This document shows, in pieces, positions 43,860-55,600 of a stretch of 64,000 nt of DNA. The notes under the pieces are model-generated. The model was given only the letters and a program-made list of their open reading frames with translations. It did not search any database and was not told where the DNA came from. Every line of letters starts with the position of its first letter. The stretch's first letter is position 1. The translations under genes were made by a program, and so were the position numbers. Source of the DNA: Bacteroidota bacterium (GTDB lineage: Bacteria; Bacteroidota; Bacteroidia; Chitinophagales; Saprospiraceae); contig JAFMDF010000014.1 in the NCBI GenBank assembly GCA_017857395.1, forward strand, positions 875 through 64,874. Direction: 5' to 3'.

Positions 43860-45632
43860 ATGAAGCGAATTATAGGCTTATTATTGCTTTTAACTATTGT
43901 GAATATTGCTTTTACACAGCAAGAACAAACCATAAAATGGTGGAATCCTACCAATAATGCAATACCCGTAATTTCAGGCCAAGCATGGCCAAACGAAGTG
44001 GCATCTATTTACCATCGGCTTCCAGCAAGGGTAGAAAAAGCCGTTAGAGTACCCGTTTGGAATTTATCCAAGCAATCGGCAGGACTATCCATAAGATTCT
44101 GGACGAATGCAAAAAATATTTCAGTTAAGTACAAAGTAAAAGGAAACCTTGCTTTACCACACATGCCTGCTACGGGCGTTAGTGGGGTGGATTTGTACAG
44201 CAAATCTTATCATGGAGAATGGGCTCGATGTTGGGGGACTTATTCCATCAAAAAAGCATCCAATTATGAGTTTATTATTGATGACAATACGGCTGCTTAT
44301 AATAAATATGGTAGAGAGTATCAACTGTTTTTACCGCTTTATAATGAAGTCGATTCTTTAGAAATAGGGGTTGCCGAGGAATCCTTTTTTACAGTACAAT
44401 CCCTTAGAAAAGAAAAACCAATTGTTGCTTACGGAACTTCTATTTGCCAGGGTGCTTGTGCCTCTAGACCGGGTATGGCTTGGACGAATATTTTAGAAAG
44501 GAAATTAGAAAGACCCGTTATTAATCTTGGTTTTTCCGGCAATGGTAGATTAGAGCCTAAATTGATTGAGTTAATGACGGAAATTGATGCTAAACTATAT
44601 ATTTTAGATTGTTTACCTAATATAAGACCAGGTAAAGATGATGTCTATCAATTAACGTTGGATGCCGTAAAAACATTAAAAGAAAAAAGACCGACTGTTC
44701 CCATTATTTTAACCGCACATATAGGCTATGCTAATAACTCAACCAATCAAAAAAGTAAAACGGAATACCTTCCATATAATAAGGCATTAATTCGTGCTTT
44801 TCATGCTTTAAAAGTAGCAGGATATACCGATATTTTCCTTTTACAAGAAGCAGATTTAGGGCTTGATTTTGATTCGTATGTAGATTATATCCATCCAAAT
44901 GATGTCGGAATGGTAGAATATGCGGATGCTTATGAGGCACTAATAAGAAAAGTATTAAAAGAAAATGTTGGCAGCATCTCCACCACTATTCCCAAAACGC
45001 AGAGTAGAGACATCAATGTTTATAAATGGGAAGACCGACATCAGGAAATCCTCGAATTAAATAGAACAGCTGCGCCTAAAATTTGCCTATTTGGCAATTC
45101 GATTACTCATTTTTGGGGAGGAGCGCCTAAAGCGAGTATTGCTAGAGGACAAGATTCTTGGGAAGATGTTATGAAACCAATGGGGATTCGAAATTTCGGA
45201 TACGGCTGGGATAGAATAGAAAACGTACTTTGGAGAGTCTATCATGATGAGTTAGCAGGATTTGAAGCGGAAAAGATTGTTTTTATGATTGGCACGAATA
45301 ATCTACATCTTAACACAGATAAGGAAATTATTGAAGGCTTAGAGGAATTGATAAATGCAGTTAGCATTCGTCAACCCAAAGCTGATATTTTGTTCATTGG
45401 GATATTACCAAGAATAGAAAAAGAAGAACGAGTTAAGCGGATTAATCTTAAAATATCGGAACTGGCAGATATAGCAAATATTGAGTATGCCGATATTGGC
45501 GAACCTTTGTTATTAGCAGATGGAAAGATAGATGCCTCGTTATTTACGGATGGTTTGCACCCTAATAAGGAAGGATATCGAATGCTTGCAGGGCAATTTC
45601 AACAGATACTTCAACAAAATAAAAAAGAATAA
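43860..45632 (+). CDS. SGNH/GDSL hydrolase-family esterase with two SGNH domains and a GxDLY N-terminal domain
   Basis: 590-aa ORF with a signal peptide. It has GVSGVDLY, a first block IVAYGTSICQG, a second block ICLFGNSITHFWGG, and DGLHPN near the C-terminus. Confidence 0.8.
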   Translation: MKRIIGLLLLLTIVNIAFTQQEQTIKWWNPTNNAIPVISGQAWPNEVASIYHRLPARVEKAVRVPVWNLSKQSAGLSIRFWTNAKNISVKYKVKGNLALPHMPATGVSGVDLYSKSYHGEWARCWGTYSIKKASNYEFIIDDNTAAYNKYGREYQLFLPLYNEVDSLEIGVAEESFFTVQSLRKEKPIVAYGTSICQGACASRPGMAWTNILERKLERPVINLGFSGNGRLEPKLIELMTEIDAKLYILDCLPNIRPGKDDVYQLTLDAVKTLKEKRPTVPIILTAHIGYANNSTNQKSKTEYLPYNKALIRAFHALKVAGYTDIFLLQEADLGLDFDSYVDYIHPNDVGMVEYADAYEALIRKVLKENVGSISTTIPKTQSRDINVYKWEDRHQEILELNRTAAPKICLFGNSITHFWGGAPKASIARGQDSWEDVMKPMGIRNFGYGWDRIENVLWRVYHDELAGFEAEKIVFMIGTNNLHLNTDKEIIEGLEELINAVSIRQPKADILFIGILPRIEKEERVKRINLKISELADIANIEYADIGEPLLLADGKIDASLFTDGLHPNKEGYRMLAGQFQQILQQNKKE

Positions 45633-45728
45633 GGAGAGGCTAATATTTTCGTTTATTCCCTTTGGGGTAGCCTATTTTATAAGAGAAGTCAGCACTTCTG
45701 ATCTCTTTTCTATAGTACGCTACTCTTA

Positions 45729-47327
45729 ATGCTAAAATCATTATCAATGAAAAACTATCCCAGTATATTTAATGATGTAGTTGGTCCCGTCATGCGTGGC
45801 CCTTCAAGTTCGCATTGTGCAGCTTCTTTAAGAATTGGCAGATTATGTCGAGACTTAATGGATGGACAAATCAGCGATATTTTAATTGAATTTGACCCGC
45901 AAGGTTCACTTGCAACGACTCATAAAAGTCAAGGTTCTGATATGGGCTTATTTGGAGGATTTCTAGGTTGGGAAGCTTATGATGAAAGATTACAATTTTC
46001 CGAAGAATATATCGAAAAAGAAAAGATAAATATTGACATTATTATTAACCCGTTGAGTATCAGCAAACACCCGAATACTTATCAGTTGACCTTAACTTCG
46101 CCAAGGGAGTGTAGGAGATTGGTGGCAATCTCTACGGGTGGAGGGATGATTGAAGTGATTTCCATTGATGGGGCGAGGGTTTCTATGGCGGGAGATTATT
46201 ATGAAACCTTGATTTATTGCGATTCCCCTGAAATGGTAAAGGAATATTTAGCAAAAGTTTTTGAAGCGGACTCTATTGAATGGCATGCGGGAGAACATTC
46301 CTTTATTGAAATCAAAGCACAACAATTTTTACCAGAAGCATTTTGTGAAGAATTACTGAGATTTTCAGAAGTAAAGCAAATTAAAAAATTAGCGCCTGTA
46401 TTACCCATTATGGCGAGAAAAAATATCAACGTGCCTTTTATTACTTGTGCAGAAATGCTGGAATATAATGAAGGGAAAAATCTTTCGCTATGGGAATTAG
46501 CTATGGCTTATGAAAGTGAACGTGGTAAAATTACAAAGGATGAAGTATTTGAAAAAATGCGAGGCATTTTGCAGATTATGGAAAATGCGATTCAGTTGGG
46601 TTTAAAAGGCACCGAATATAAGGATAGAATTTTAGGTAGTCAGTCTTTACAATTTAAAGCACAATTAGTACAAAAGCGATTACCAGGAGGAGCTGCCAAT
46701 AACCTCGTCATTATGTATGTTTCTGCCATGATGGAAGTGAAAAGTTCGATGGGTGTTATTGTAGCTGCACCAACCGCAGGTTCTTGTGGCGCATTGCCTG
46801 GCGCAATTATTGGCATGGGAGAATCCATGAATTTAACAGAAGATGAAAAAGTAAAAGGCTTACTAGCGGCAGGTTTAATTGGTGCGTTTATCGCAGCGCA
46901 TGCGACTTTTGCTGCTGAAGTAGGCGGTTGCATGGCAGAAACTGGAAGTGGTGGAGGTATGGCAGCGGCTGGTATTGTTGTTATGGCAAATGGTACGCTA
47001 AATCAATCGCTTGCTGCGGCATCTTTAGCTTTACAAAATTCATTGGGCTTAATTTGTGACCCTATCGGAAACAGAGTAGAAGCGCCTTGTTTGGGACGGA
47101 ATGTGATGGCAGCCACGAATGCGGTCGCTTGTGCAAATATGGCCTTGTCAAATTACCAACATTTAATTCCATTAGATGAAGTCATTGAGACCATGAAAAA
47201 AGTGGGCGATGAAATTCATCATACTTTGAGGTGTACCAATTTAGGGGGATTATCCATCACAAAAGCGGCTAAGGAAATAGAAGCAAAATTGGAGGAGAGT
47301 TCACCTGTTTTCTATAAAATTTGTTGA
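45729..47327 (+). CDS. sdaA: L-serine ammonia-lyase, iron-sulfur dependent, single-chain (beta+alpha) form
   Basis: 532-aa ORF. FNDVVGPVMRGPSSSHCAAS marks the beta-domain start. AAPTAGSCGALPGAI, ETGSGGGMAAAG and CDPIGNRVEAPCLGRN are alpha-domain cysteine motifs. The start could instead be Met7 at 45747. Confidence 0.85.
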   Translation: MLKSLSMKNYPSIFNDVVGPVMRGPSSSHCAASLRIGRLCRDLMDGQISDILIEFDPQGSLATTHKSQGSDMGLFGGFLGWEAYDERLQFSEEYIEKEKINIDIIINPLSISKHPNTYQLTLTSPRECRRLVAISTGGGMIEVISIDGARVSMAGDYYETLIYCDSPEMVKEYLAKVFEADSIEWHAGEHSFIEIKAQQFLPEAFCEELLRFSEVKQIKKLAPVLPIMARKNINVPFITCAEMLEYNEGKNLSLWELAMAYESERGKITKDEVFEKMRGILQIMENAIQLGLKGTEYKDRILGSQSLQFKAQLVQKRLPGGAANNLVIMYVSAMMEVKSSMGVIVAAPTAGSCGALPGAIIGMGESMNLTEDEKVKGLLAAGLIGAFIAAHATFAAEVGGCMAETGSGGGMAAAGIVVMANGTLNQSLAAASLALQNSLGLICDPIGNRVEAPCLGRNVMAATNAVACANMALSNYQHLIPLDEVIETMKKVGDEIHHTLRCTNLGGLSITKAAKEIEAKLEESSPVFYKIC

Positions 47328-47457
47328 TTTTAAGATTTTATCCATGGAGGCTATCTGTGGGGAACTAAAGTACGCTTGTCCCCACGGATGACTTTCTAGT
47401 TGTCCACTTCATTTATCATTCATTACTAAGAGGCTTACTTCTGGCAAAACGTATTTA

Positions 47458-47555
47458 GGACACAGAGTTCAAAGAAAGCACAAAGTTCACAGAGAATAAT
47501 TTATTTACTTTCAGTACTTTGTGTTTTCTGTGTTTCCTCTATGCTCTCTGTGTCC
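47458..47555. repeat. ~100-nt hairpin repeat of the CACAGAG/CTCTGTG family (second copy)
   Basis: GGACACAGAG (47458-47467) pairs perfectly with CTCTGTGTCC (47546-47555). The inner pair GCACAAAGT with ACTTTGTGT matches 8/9. Confidence 0.8.
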
Positions 47556-47593
47556 TGAAAAATGTCCAGTAGTGGGACTAAGAAAAATAAAAT

Positions 47594-48472
47594 ATGATTA
47601 CAATAATCTGGGTTTCGCTCATTATTTTGGGTATCTTATTTACCACACTCTTAGTCCGAGATGTGCTTAAAAATAAGCATCATCTAGAACGGGTAAGTGT
47701 CTGGAAAAATGCATTGATTGGATTTGTAGTTAATTTCTTTGATGTTTTTGGCATTGGGGCTTTTGCGCCTCAAACAGCCCTGCTAAAATTCACCAAACAG
47801 ACAGATGACAGCGTACTGCCAGGCACTTTAAATGTCACGAATACTATACCTGTATTAATTCAAGCGATTATATTTATTCAAATCATAGAAGTGGATGTCT
47901 TAACGCTGGTATTGATGCTGGTTGCTGCCTCCATAGGTGCGATTATAGGCGCTGATTTCATTTCTTCCTTACCCGTAAAATCTATACGGTTAACGATGGG
48001 TTTTGCATTATTGGTTACCGCTTTTTTTATGTTTGCCACCCAAATGGAATGGATCCAAGGCGGAGGAACTGCAATAGGACTTAGTGGTTATAAATTAGGG
48101 ATAGCCGTTGTTGTGAACTTCATTTTGGGTGCATTAATGACCGCAGGAATTGGCTTGTATGCGCCATGTATGGCATTGGTTTTTGCTTTGGGAATGTCGC
48201 CAAAAGTAGCTTTTCCAATTATGATGGGGTCTTGTGCTTTTTTGATGCCCTTTGCGTCTGCTAAATTTATTCAAAAAGGCGCTTATAATAGAAAAGCAAC
48301 GATTTCAATGGCAATACCAGGAGCAATAGCGGTACTATTTGCTGTTTATTTTATTAAATCTTTGCCTATTGAGCAACTAAAAACCATTGTGATAGTGGTT
48401 ATTTTATATACAAGTGCTATTATGTTTAAGGATGCTTTTAAAGAAGCACCACTTGTTTCCGTTGAGAATTAA
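47594..48472 (+). CDS. Integral membrane protein, probably a TauE/SafE-family (DUF81) anion exporter
   Basis: 292-aa ORF with about 8 hydrophobic segments and Gly-rich helices. The family call is weak. Confidence 0.5.
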   Translation: MITIIWVSLIILGILFTTLLVRDVLKNKHHLERVSVWKNALIGFVVNFFDVFGIGAFAPQTALLKFTKQTDDSVLPGTLNVTNTIPVLIQAIIFIQIIEVDVLTLVLMLVAASIGAIIGADFISSLPVKSIRLTMGFALLVTAFFMFATQMEWIQGGGTAIGLSGYKLGIAVVVNFILGALMTAGIGLYAPCMALVFALGMSPKVAFPIMMGSCAFLMPFASAKFIQKGAYNRKATISMAIPGAIAVLFAVYFIKSLPIEQLKTIVIVVILYTSAIMFKDAFKEAPLVSVEN

Positions 48473-48578
48473 TTGAGGAAAATTGAAGAAAAAGTACGTG
48501 AATTTTTGAAATATAATGCTTGGAAGTCAATATTGTACAAATTTATAATTCATCTAGAGTGTCAGATAAAAAATGATA

Positions 48579-48649
48579 AACATCCGTGTTCCTTTATTAA
48601 TCTGTGTTAGTGATTTTATACCACGGATTAATAAAACACCACGGATATT
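48579..48649. repeat. Hairpin repeat of the ATCCGTG/CACGGAT family
   Basis: The left arm is ACATCCGTGTT. Two right-arm copies are CCACGGATTAAT and CCACGGATATTA. The right half aligns about 23/29 with 58142-58173. Confidence 0.6.
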
Positions 48650-48687
48650 AGACAAAACTGTAATTTTATTTTATCAATTTTCTAACT

Positions 48688-50364
48688 ATGAAAAACCCTC
48701 GTTCCGTACTTTTCAATAGCGCTTCGATAGCCCAAATACTCTTTTTTTTATTACTACTTACCTGCTTCTTGATAGGCTGCAAAACAAAACTAGCTTCTGT
48801 TCCTATTGCCCCACCTTATGTACCTAAAATTAAACTCGGCTCAAAAGGGTTACATGGATATATAGCTTATGATGCGCCAAAGTCACCAGCAGGATACGGG
48901 CTTGGTGTGTCGTTTTATACAGCGGCGTGGGCATTAATTGACCAACCAATTGCTAATTTTCAAATAGGCTTACCAGGCACTTGGATTATCCCTGATAATT
49001 TAGATAATGAAACGATTCCTTTATGCCCAATTGGCACTTTGGCTAGAGATAATTGGGACGAAAGAGGACCAACTTATAGAGATGTATTTCAAACTTTAGA
49101 AGGTGGCTTAGGGTATTGGGCAGGGAATAAATATAGGTATGGTGCACCAAAATTTAGTATGAATGCGACGGCTAATTGCTATGATTTTGAAATTGCTAGC
49201 CCTGGTTGGTCTTTCTTTTATGATGATAATACTTTGCCTACAGAGCGATTGGGCATAGCACAATTACACAATAGGCTATTAATTCCACCAGATGCGCTGA
49301 CTTTTGATGGAACCCCCCAAGGAGAATTTATGGGCTATTCTTATATGGCTCTACCTTTTACGGATGCTGTAGAAGGAACAACACCGACAGGAAATCAAAG
49401 CTGGACATGTTTTATCAATACGGAAAATTTTAAAGGCCCTATAGCTTATTATTTACCAGAAACGTGGAGCAAAATTTCTATAGATTATCCGGTTATACAT
49501 GGCAGAGGATTGGATGCTCGACCGGGAATTATTAGAGGAGGGGCGATGGAAATTAATACGGTACCTGCCTTTGAAAGTGTCGATAAAGTAGGGAATGTCT
49601 ATACCAAAATTCCTAAACTTAAATTTCCTGTCAACGAAAATGGGAAAGCAGCTTTAGTCCAAGACTTGACTTATTATAATAAAGACGCTTTATTTAATGA
49701 CTTCCTGAATTGGAGAAAAGCGAATGTGCCCATTACTGGTACATTCAACCCTCAAGGCGCACATAAACCGAAGCTAAGTACAAAAGCACCGAGATATAAA
49801 CAAAATGGAAAACCAATTATTGACGTAGAAGAAATCTTTCACACAGCCGTATTTGAATCCAATACTTTTGGTTTGCAATGGAATGAAAATTCTAAATTTG
49901 AAAAAGGCAGCTTTCCGCAATATTTTAAAGAAGTCGATGGTAATATAATTCCCGTAACGCCTCAAGAATTGCCAGAAGAAACCGACTTGCATCAAAAAGA
50001 ATTTCCAATCGCTGAAAAGAAACCACCATTTAGTTCGCCTACGGATGGGGTTTGGAAAAATCTAGGTCCAGCTGCTGGCCCATTTGAAACTACTTTGAAT
50101 GATGGTTCTACCGTCACTTATTATTGGTATAAATTTATAGACCAACCCGTTTTTCAACAATTCAATTGGACGCAAGAAAAAAAGGATGAACTGCAATATC
50201 TTGTGGAAAAAATACACAAAGAATGGCCTATTGATAGAAATTATATTGCGCCTCCATTGAGCGGCAAGTTAGTCAAATTAGACCCAGCATTAATTATTAA
50301 TCCGCCTGTTGGATTGGAATTTGGATATGTACCTATTGTGACGAAGCAAGACCGAGATTATTAA
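48688..50364 (+). CDS. Hypothetical lipoprotein
   Basis: 558-aa ORF with signal plus lipobox-like FLIGCKTK. I recognise no family. Confidence 0.6.
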   Translation: MKNPRSVLFNSASIAQILFFLLLLTCFLIGCKTKLASVPIAPPYVPKIKLGSKGLHGYIAYDAPKSPAGYGLGVSFYTAAWALIDQPIANFQIGLPGTWIIPDNLDNETIPLCPIGTLARDNWDERGPTYRDVFQTLEGGLGYWAGNKYRYGAPKFSMNATANCYDFEIASPGWSFFYDDNTLPTERLGIAQLHNRLLIPPDALTFDGTPQGEFMGYSYMALPFTDAVEGTTPTGNQSWTCFINTENFKGPIAYYLPETWSKISIDYPVIHGRGLDARPGIIRGGAMEINTVPAFESVDKVGNVYTKIPKLKFPVNENGKAALVQDLTYYNKDALFNDFLNWRKANVPITGTFNPQGAHKPKLSTKAPRYKQNGKPIIDVEEIFHTAVFESNTFGLQWNENSKFEKGSFPQYFKEVDGNIIPVTPQELPEETDLHQKEFPIAEKKPPFSSPTDGVWKNLGPAAGPFETTLNDGSTVTYYWYKFIDQPVFQQFNWTQEKKDELQYLVEKIHKEWPIDRNYIAPPLSGKLVKLDPALIINPPVGLEFGYVPIVTKQDRDY

Positions 50365-50461
50365 ATAAATTGCACGGAAAGAGCTTCCAGAATTCCAAGT
50401 TCTGGAAGTTCTAGGCCTTTTGGAATAAAGTCTATTTTATAACCAAAACATGACCCTTTAG

Positions 50462-52537
50462 ATGCGGAAACCTATTTTACTATATTGGTTTTTCCTTTGC
50501 TTCTTTACGACCGAACTAACTGGGCAATGTTTGGATATTACTGCCAATGAACAATTGAAAATTTGTAGTTCAGAAGCGGGTCTTTTAGCTGCAACTACCA
50601 ATGGAACTGTTCTATTTTCAGAATGGACACCTACGAAAGGACTCAATAATCCATTGAGTTTAAATTCATTGATTACCGAGCCTTTTGATACCACTTATAC
50701 CTTGCGAGTAAAAGGTTTTTTAGAATCAGAAAATTTACTCACTAATAGCGATTTTAGCGAGGGCGATGTAGGATTTACCTCCCAATATGAGCCCGAAAGC
50801 ACCAAACCCGAAGGTTATATCATCGGAACAATAGGAACGGAATTATTTGCCGAAGCAAAGGAATGTGAAGACCACAGTACCCCTGAAGCAGGCGGTAATA
50901 TGATGATGGTCAGGGTTTCGGAATCATCCAATGTTGAAATTTACTGTCAAGAAATAAGCGTAAAATCCAATCAGGAGTATCATTTTAGAGGCTTTGCTAC
51001 AGGATTAAAATTAAACGACCCGCCAATTATTGTATTAAAAATAAATGGAGAAACTATTTCAATTGGTACATTGGGTTCTTTTGCCTGTTCTTGGCAACAG
51101 ATAGCAGGTGATTGGAATGCAGGAAACACGAATACTGCTAAAGTTTGCATTTTTGTGAGTCCAGAAGATATTGGAGCGGGGACAGATTTTGTATTAGACG
51201 ATATTGGCTTTTATGAGGTGTGCGAAGTAGAAAAGAAGGTAGCAGTAGAAGTATTGGATTTTAGGGTAACTATAGCCGAAGCAATTGGATTGACTTGTGG
51301 AGACAGCTTAGGATTATCGGCAACGGTAATTCCCGAAGACCTCAATTTTATGACGGAGTGGACAACCCTAGATGGTCATTTGGTCAACGGAGAAAATACT
51401 TTATTTCCTATAATAGATGCGATAGGCACTTATGAATTATCCGTTAGTACAACTATAGACGAACAAATTTGTAGCGCAAATAAGACGGTTGAAGTTTATA
51501 CCATTAATGAAGATACCTTAGTCATTTTTAAATCAGAAAACCTGCATTGCAATCAAAAAGAAATTAGCTTAACAGCAGTAGACGCAGTCAACCAAACTGA
51601 ATTTAACTATCAATGGAAAAGCATAGATGGGCACATTCTTTCTGATTTAACAAATACAACAATCCAAGTTGACCAACCTGGCCTTTATGAATTGCAAAGA
51701 ACTAATTTAGATGGAACTTGTCCACAAACAGCAGAAATAAGGGTAGCGGAAACTAGTTTAGAAGACTTTACTTATGACTTAATGATTCCTAATTGTGAAA
51801 CAGCGACAGGCACTATTTTATTCAAGGAAATAACTGGAGGTGAAGCGCCTTTTTTCTATTCGATTGATAGTGGTCAAACTTTTTTTGCTAATCGAGTTTT
51901 TCCTGATTTATCAGGTGGTACTTATGATTTAATCCTTCAAGATGCCAATGAATGTGAAGTAACCCAAAGGACTAATTTTACTTCCTTTATAGGCGTTCAA
52001 TTGGACTTACCCAATAGTGTCCGTATCAAAAAAACAGCTAATTATCAACTGCCCTTACAAATCAATTTGGCAGATTCTTTAATTGAAAATATTGAATGGA
52101 CGCCTGCTATTGGACTAAGTTGTTCGGACTGTATTCAACCCTTTTTGACGAGTAAGAAATCACAGACTTATAATGTAATTGTAAAGGATAAAAATGCTTG
52201 TATCGCACAAGCCAGTATTCAAATTGAAGTGTGGGAACCTTCTGAGGTTTATATTCCATCTGTCTTTTCTCCTAACGAGGATGGTCAAAATGATATTTTT
52301 CAAATTCACGTTAATTCCCAACGGGTAAAGAAAATTATCCACTTCCATATTTTTGACCGATATGGTAATTTGATTTTTAGCCAAAGGGATTTTTTGCCGA
52401 ATACTGGAGAGAATGGCTGGAATGGGTACTATAAAAATGAAGCTATGCCCATAGGTATTTATGTGTATTGGGCGGAAGTGGAATTAGCCGATGGGCAATT
52501 AGCCCTTTTTAGCGGGGAAGTTGGGTTAGTGAAATGA
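50462..52537 (+). CDS. T9SS type-B sorting-domain (gliding-motility-associated C-terminal domain) surface protein with an SprB-type repeat
   Basis: 691-aa ORF with a signal peptide. It has an SprB-like repeat, GGEAPFFYSIDSGQTFFANRVFPDLSGGTYDLILQDANECE. The C-terminal motifs VYIPSVFSPNEDGQNDIFQIH, IFDRYGNLIF and WNGYYKNEAMPIGIYVYW mark the sorting domain. Confidence 0.8.
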   Translation: MRKPILLYWFFLCFFTTELTGQCLDITANEQLKICSSEAGLLAATTNGTVLFSEWTPTKGLNNPLSLNSLITEPFDTTYTLRVKGFLESENLLTNSDFSEGDVGFTSQYEPESTKPEGYIIGTIGTELFAEAKECEDHSTPEAGGNMMMVRVSESSNVEIYCQEISVKSNQEYHFRGFATGLKLNDPPIIVLKINGETISIGTLGSFACSWQQIAGDWNAGNTNTAKVCIFVSPEDIGAGTDFVLDDIGFYEVCEVEKKVAVEVLDFRVTIAEAIGLTCGDSLGLSATVIPEDLNFMTEWTTLDGHLVNGENTLFPIIDAIGTYELSVSTTIDEQICSANKTVEVYTINEDTLVIFKSENLHCNQKEISLTAVDAVNQTEFNYQWKSIDGHILSDLTNTTIQVDQPGLYELQRTNLDGTCPQTAEIRVAETSLEDFTYDLMIPNCETATGTILFKEITGGEAPFFYSIDSGQTFFANRVFPDLSGGTYDLILQDANECEVTQRTNFTSFIGVQLDLPNSVRIKKTANYQLPLQINLADSLIENIEWTPAIGLSCSDCIQPFLTSKKSQTYNVIVKDKNACIAQASIQIEVWEPSEVYIPSVFSPNEDGQNDIFQIHVNSQRVKKIIHFHIFDRYGNLIFSQRDFLPNTGENGWNGYYKNEAMPIGIYVYWAEVELADGQLALFSGEVGLVK

Positions 52538-52623
52538 TTACTGGCTAAAAATTACACTCATTTCCTAAATATTTCCTACCTTTCCTAAAAATAAAATCTT
52601 ATCGAATCGCCAATTTTCATATC

Positions 52624-55600
52624 ATGAAAAACTACCTCATCCTAAGCTTCTTCCTATTAATCAGTATCGGTCTTTTTGCCCAAAAAGCAAGTATTCAAGA
52701 AGAAAAGCGAACCTTAAAAACCTATCCATTTAGCGACCCAGACCCAGTTCCTATTTTAACGGATAATGCAAAAATCTACCCTTATTTTAAGTATGATGGA
52801 TATAGCCAGGAAGCGCAAAACCAAGATTGGAAAGTAGTGAAATTGGAAAATGAGTATGTTGAAGTTTTTGTCACTCCAGAGGTAGGTGGTAAAGTGTGGG
52901 GAGCGATAGAAAAATCTAGTGGAGAAGAATTTATATATCGAAATGAGGTGATGAAATTTCGGAATATTTCTATGCGAGGTCCTTGGACTTCAGGTGGCAT
53001 AGAATTTAATTTTGGTATTATTGGGCATCATCCTTCTACTGCGACTCCTGTAGATTATGTGCTACAAGAACACGAAGATGGAAGTGTATCTTGTACGGTT
53101 GGAAACATAGATTTACCTTCTCGGACGCAATGGCGGGTGACCATCAAATTGCCTAAAGATAAAGCAGCGTTTGAAACCGATGCCCTGTGGTATAATCCAA
53201 CATCCATGAATCAATCTTATTATAATTGGATGACAGGCGCTGCACCTGCCCGTTCCGATTTTGAATTTTTTACCCCAGGAGATGAATTACTCAAACATAG
53301 TGGAGAAGCCCTACCTTGGCCGATAGATGATATGGGTAGAAATTTGGCATTGTATAAAGAAAATAATTTTGGACCAAGCAAGTCCTACCACGTAGTAGGC
53401 GAGTATAATGATTTTTTTGGCGGCTATTATCACGATGCCAAATATGGCTTTGGACATTGGGGCGAATATGAGGAAACTCCGGGACAAAAATTATGGTTAT
53501 GGGCTTTGTCAAGAGGAGGTGGGATTTGGGAAGATTTATTGACAGATACAGACGGGCAATATATTGAATTTCAAGCAGGTCGGCAGTTTTTACAATATTT
53601 TCCTGAAAGTCATGAAAACCCACAAACACAAGCTAATTTTGAGCCTTATTCGGTGGATACTTGGCGAGAAGTTTGGTTTCCTGTAAAAGAGATTGGTGGG
53701 CTGTCAGATGTGTCTGAAAATGCGGTAATGAATGTAGCCGAAGCAGATGGCATATTAACGATTGGTTTAAATTCTTTTATAAAAACCAAAGCCAATTTAA
53801 CAATTCGTAAAGATGGAAAATTATTCCATGAAGCTAGGTTAGATTTAGCGCCAATGGAAGTTTTTACAAAAACATATAGCATAAAAGGAGCTGAAAATTA
53901 TAGTATTCATATCCCAGAATTAGACCTTCATTACACTTCCAATCCCGATGATTTACTAATTGAAAGACCTTTCCATTCAACAGACATACCTGCCATTAAT
54001 TCTAACGAAAAATTATACAAAGCAGGTTGGGAGGACATGAAGTATCGCCTATATACGGAGGCAAAAGAAAAATTTGAAAAAGTCTTAGCGACAGACCCTT
54101 TTCATATCAACGCCCTATTAGGCATGGGAGAATTATTATATCGACAAGGTTTGTATGAAGAAGGTTTAGTCCATGCAAATAAAGCCTTACAATTAGATAC
54201 GTACCATCCAAAAGCGAATTATGTAGCAGGGATTTTGTATCGAGGAAAAGGAGATAATTTAAATGCCAAGGAAGCCTTCGGTTGGGCAGCTCGTTCTATG
54301 GAATTTAGGTCAAATGCTTATGCACAAATGAGTGAATTATTATTGGCAGAAGGGCAGTTTGACAAAGCCAAAAAATATGCTAAAAAAGCCCTCGATTTTA
54401 ATCAGTATAACCTCAATGCTTGGCAGGTATCAGCCATTTCAGCTAGACAAACGGCTGATTTTAAAACTGCCGAAGAAGCCCTTAATAAAATCGAAAAAAT
54501 TGACCCTATCAATCATTTTGCTAAATTTGAACGATATTTATTAAGCGATAATGCTGCTGATTTAGCAGCCTACAAAACAGCCAATCGTTCGGAATTGGCT
54601 TATCAAACGTATTTAGAATTAGCCATAGATTATTTTAATAAAGGCCAAAATAACGCAGCTGTAAAAGTACTATATGCTGCTCCACAACATCCAATGATTG
54701 ATTTATGGTGGGTGTATATTCAAAAGGATAGCAGTTCAAAATATTTAACAAATATTGGTGAGTTGTCTCCAGCATTAGTATTCCCTTTTAGGCGAGAAAC
54801 TTTAGCTGCTTTGGAATGGGGAAATAAACATAACAATAATTGGAAATTACAATATTACCATGCCTTAAATCTATGGGGGAAAGATAGAAAAGCTGAGGCG
54901 GCCAACATTATGGAAGCGATTGGAGATACTCCTGACTATGCTCCATTTTATTTAGCAAGAGCTAATTTTTTGAAAGATTTTGCTGGGAAAGACCCAATAG
55001 TCGACCTAAAAAAAGCGCATCAATTGGAAAACAATAATTGGAGAACTTGGATGGCATTAATCAATGATAACATCGACAAAAAACAATGGAAAGAAGGGCT
55101 AACGATTGCAGAGGATGCTTATGAAAAATTCCCTGAAAATTATGCCATTGGAATGAAGTTAGCTCAAATTTTGAACGAAAATGGAAGGTATAATACCAGT
55201 ATTAATTTACTCGACCAAATTAAAGTTTTACCTTTTGAAGGAGCATCAGAAGGACGACTTTTATATGAAAAAGCCCATTATTGGGAGGCGCTAAAACAAA
55301 TAGAGGAACAAAATTATACCGCTGCTTTAAGTTTATTGAAAAAATCTAAAGCGTGGCCTGAAAATCTAGGTGTAGGAAAACCATTTAACCCTGATGAACG
55401 AATTCCTAATTATCTAATCGCCCATTGTGCTCAAAAAATAGGGAATAGTAAAATGACAACAAAATCAATGAAAGCTGTAGCAACCTATACTCAAAATAAC
55501 CTAAGCCTAGTTACGCCAAATCATTTATTCGGCCTAAAAGCGCTGCAAGAAATAGGTGGTAAGGATGCTGCCAAAACACTTTTGAATACGATGTTACAAA

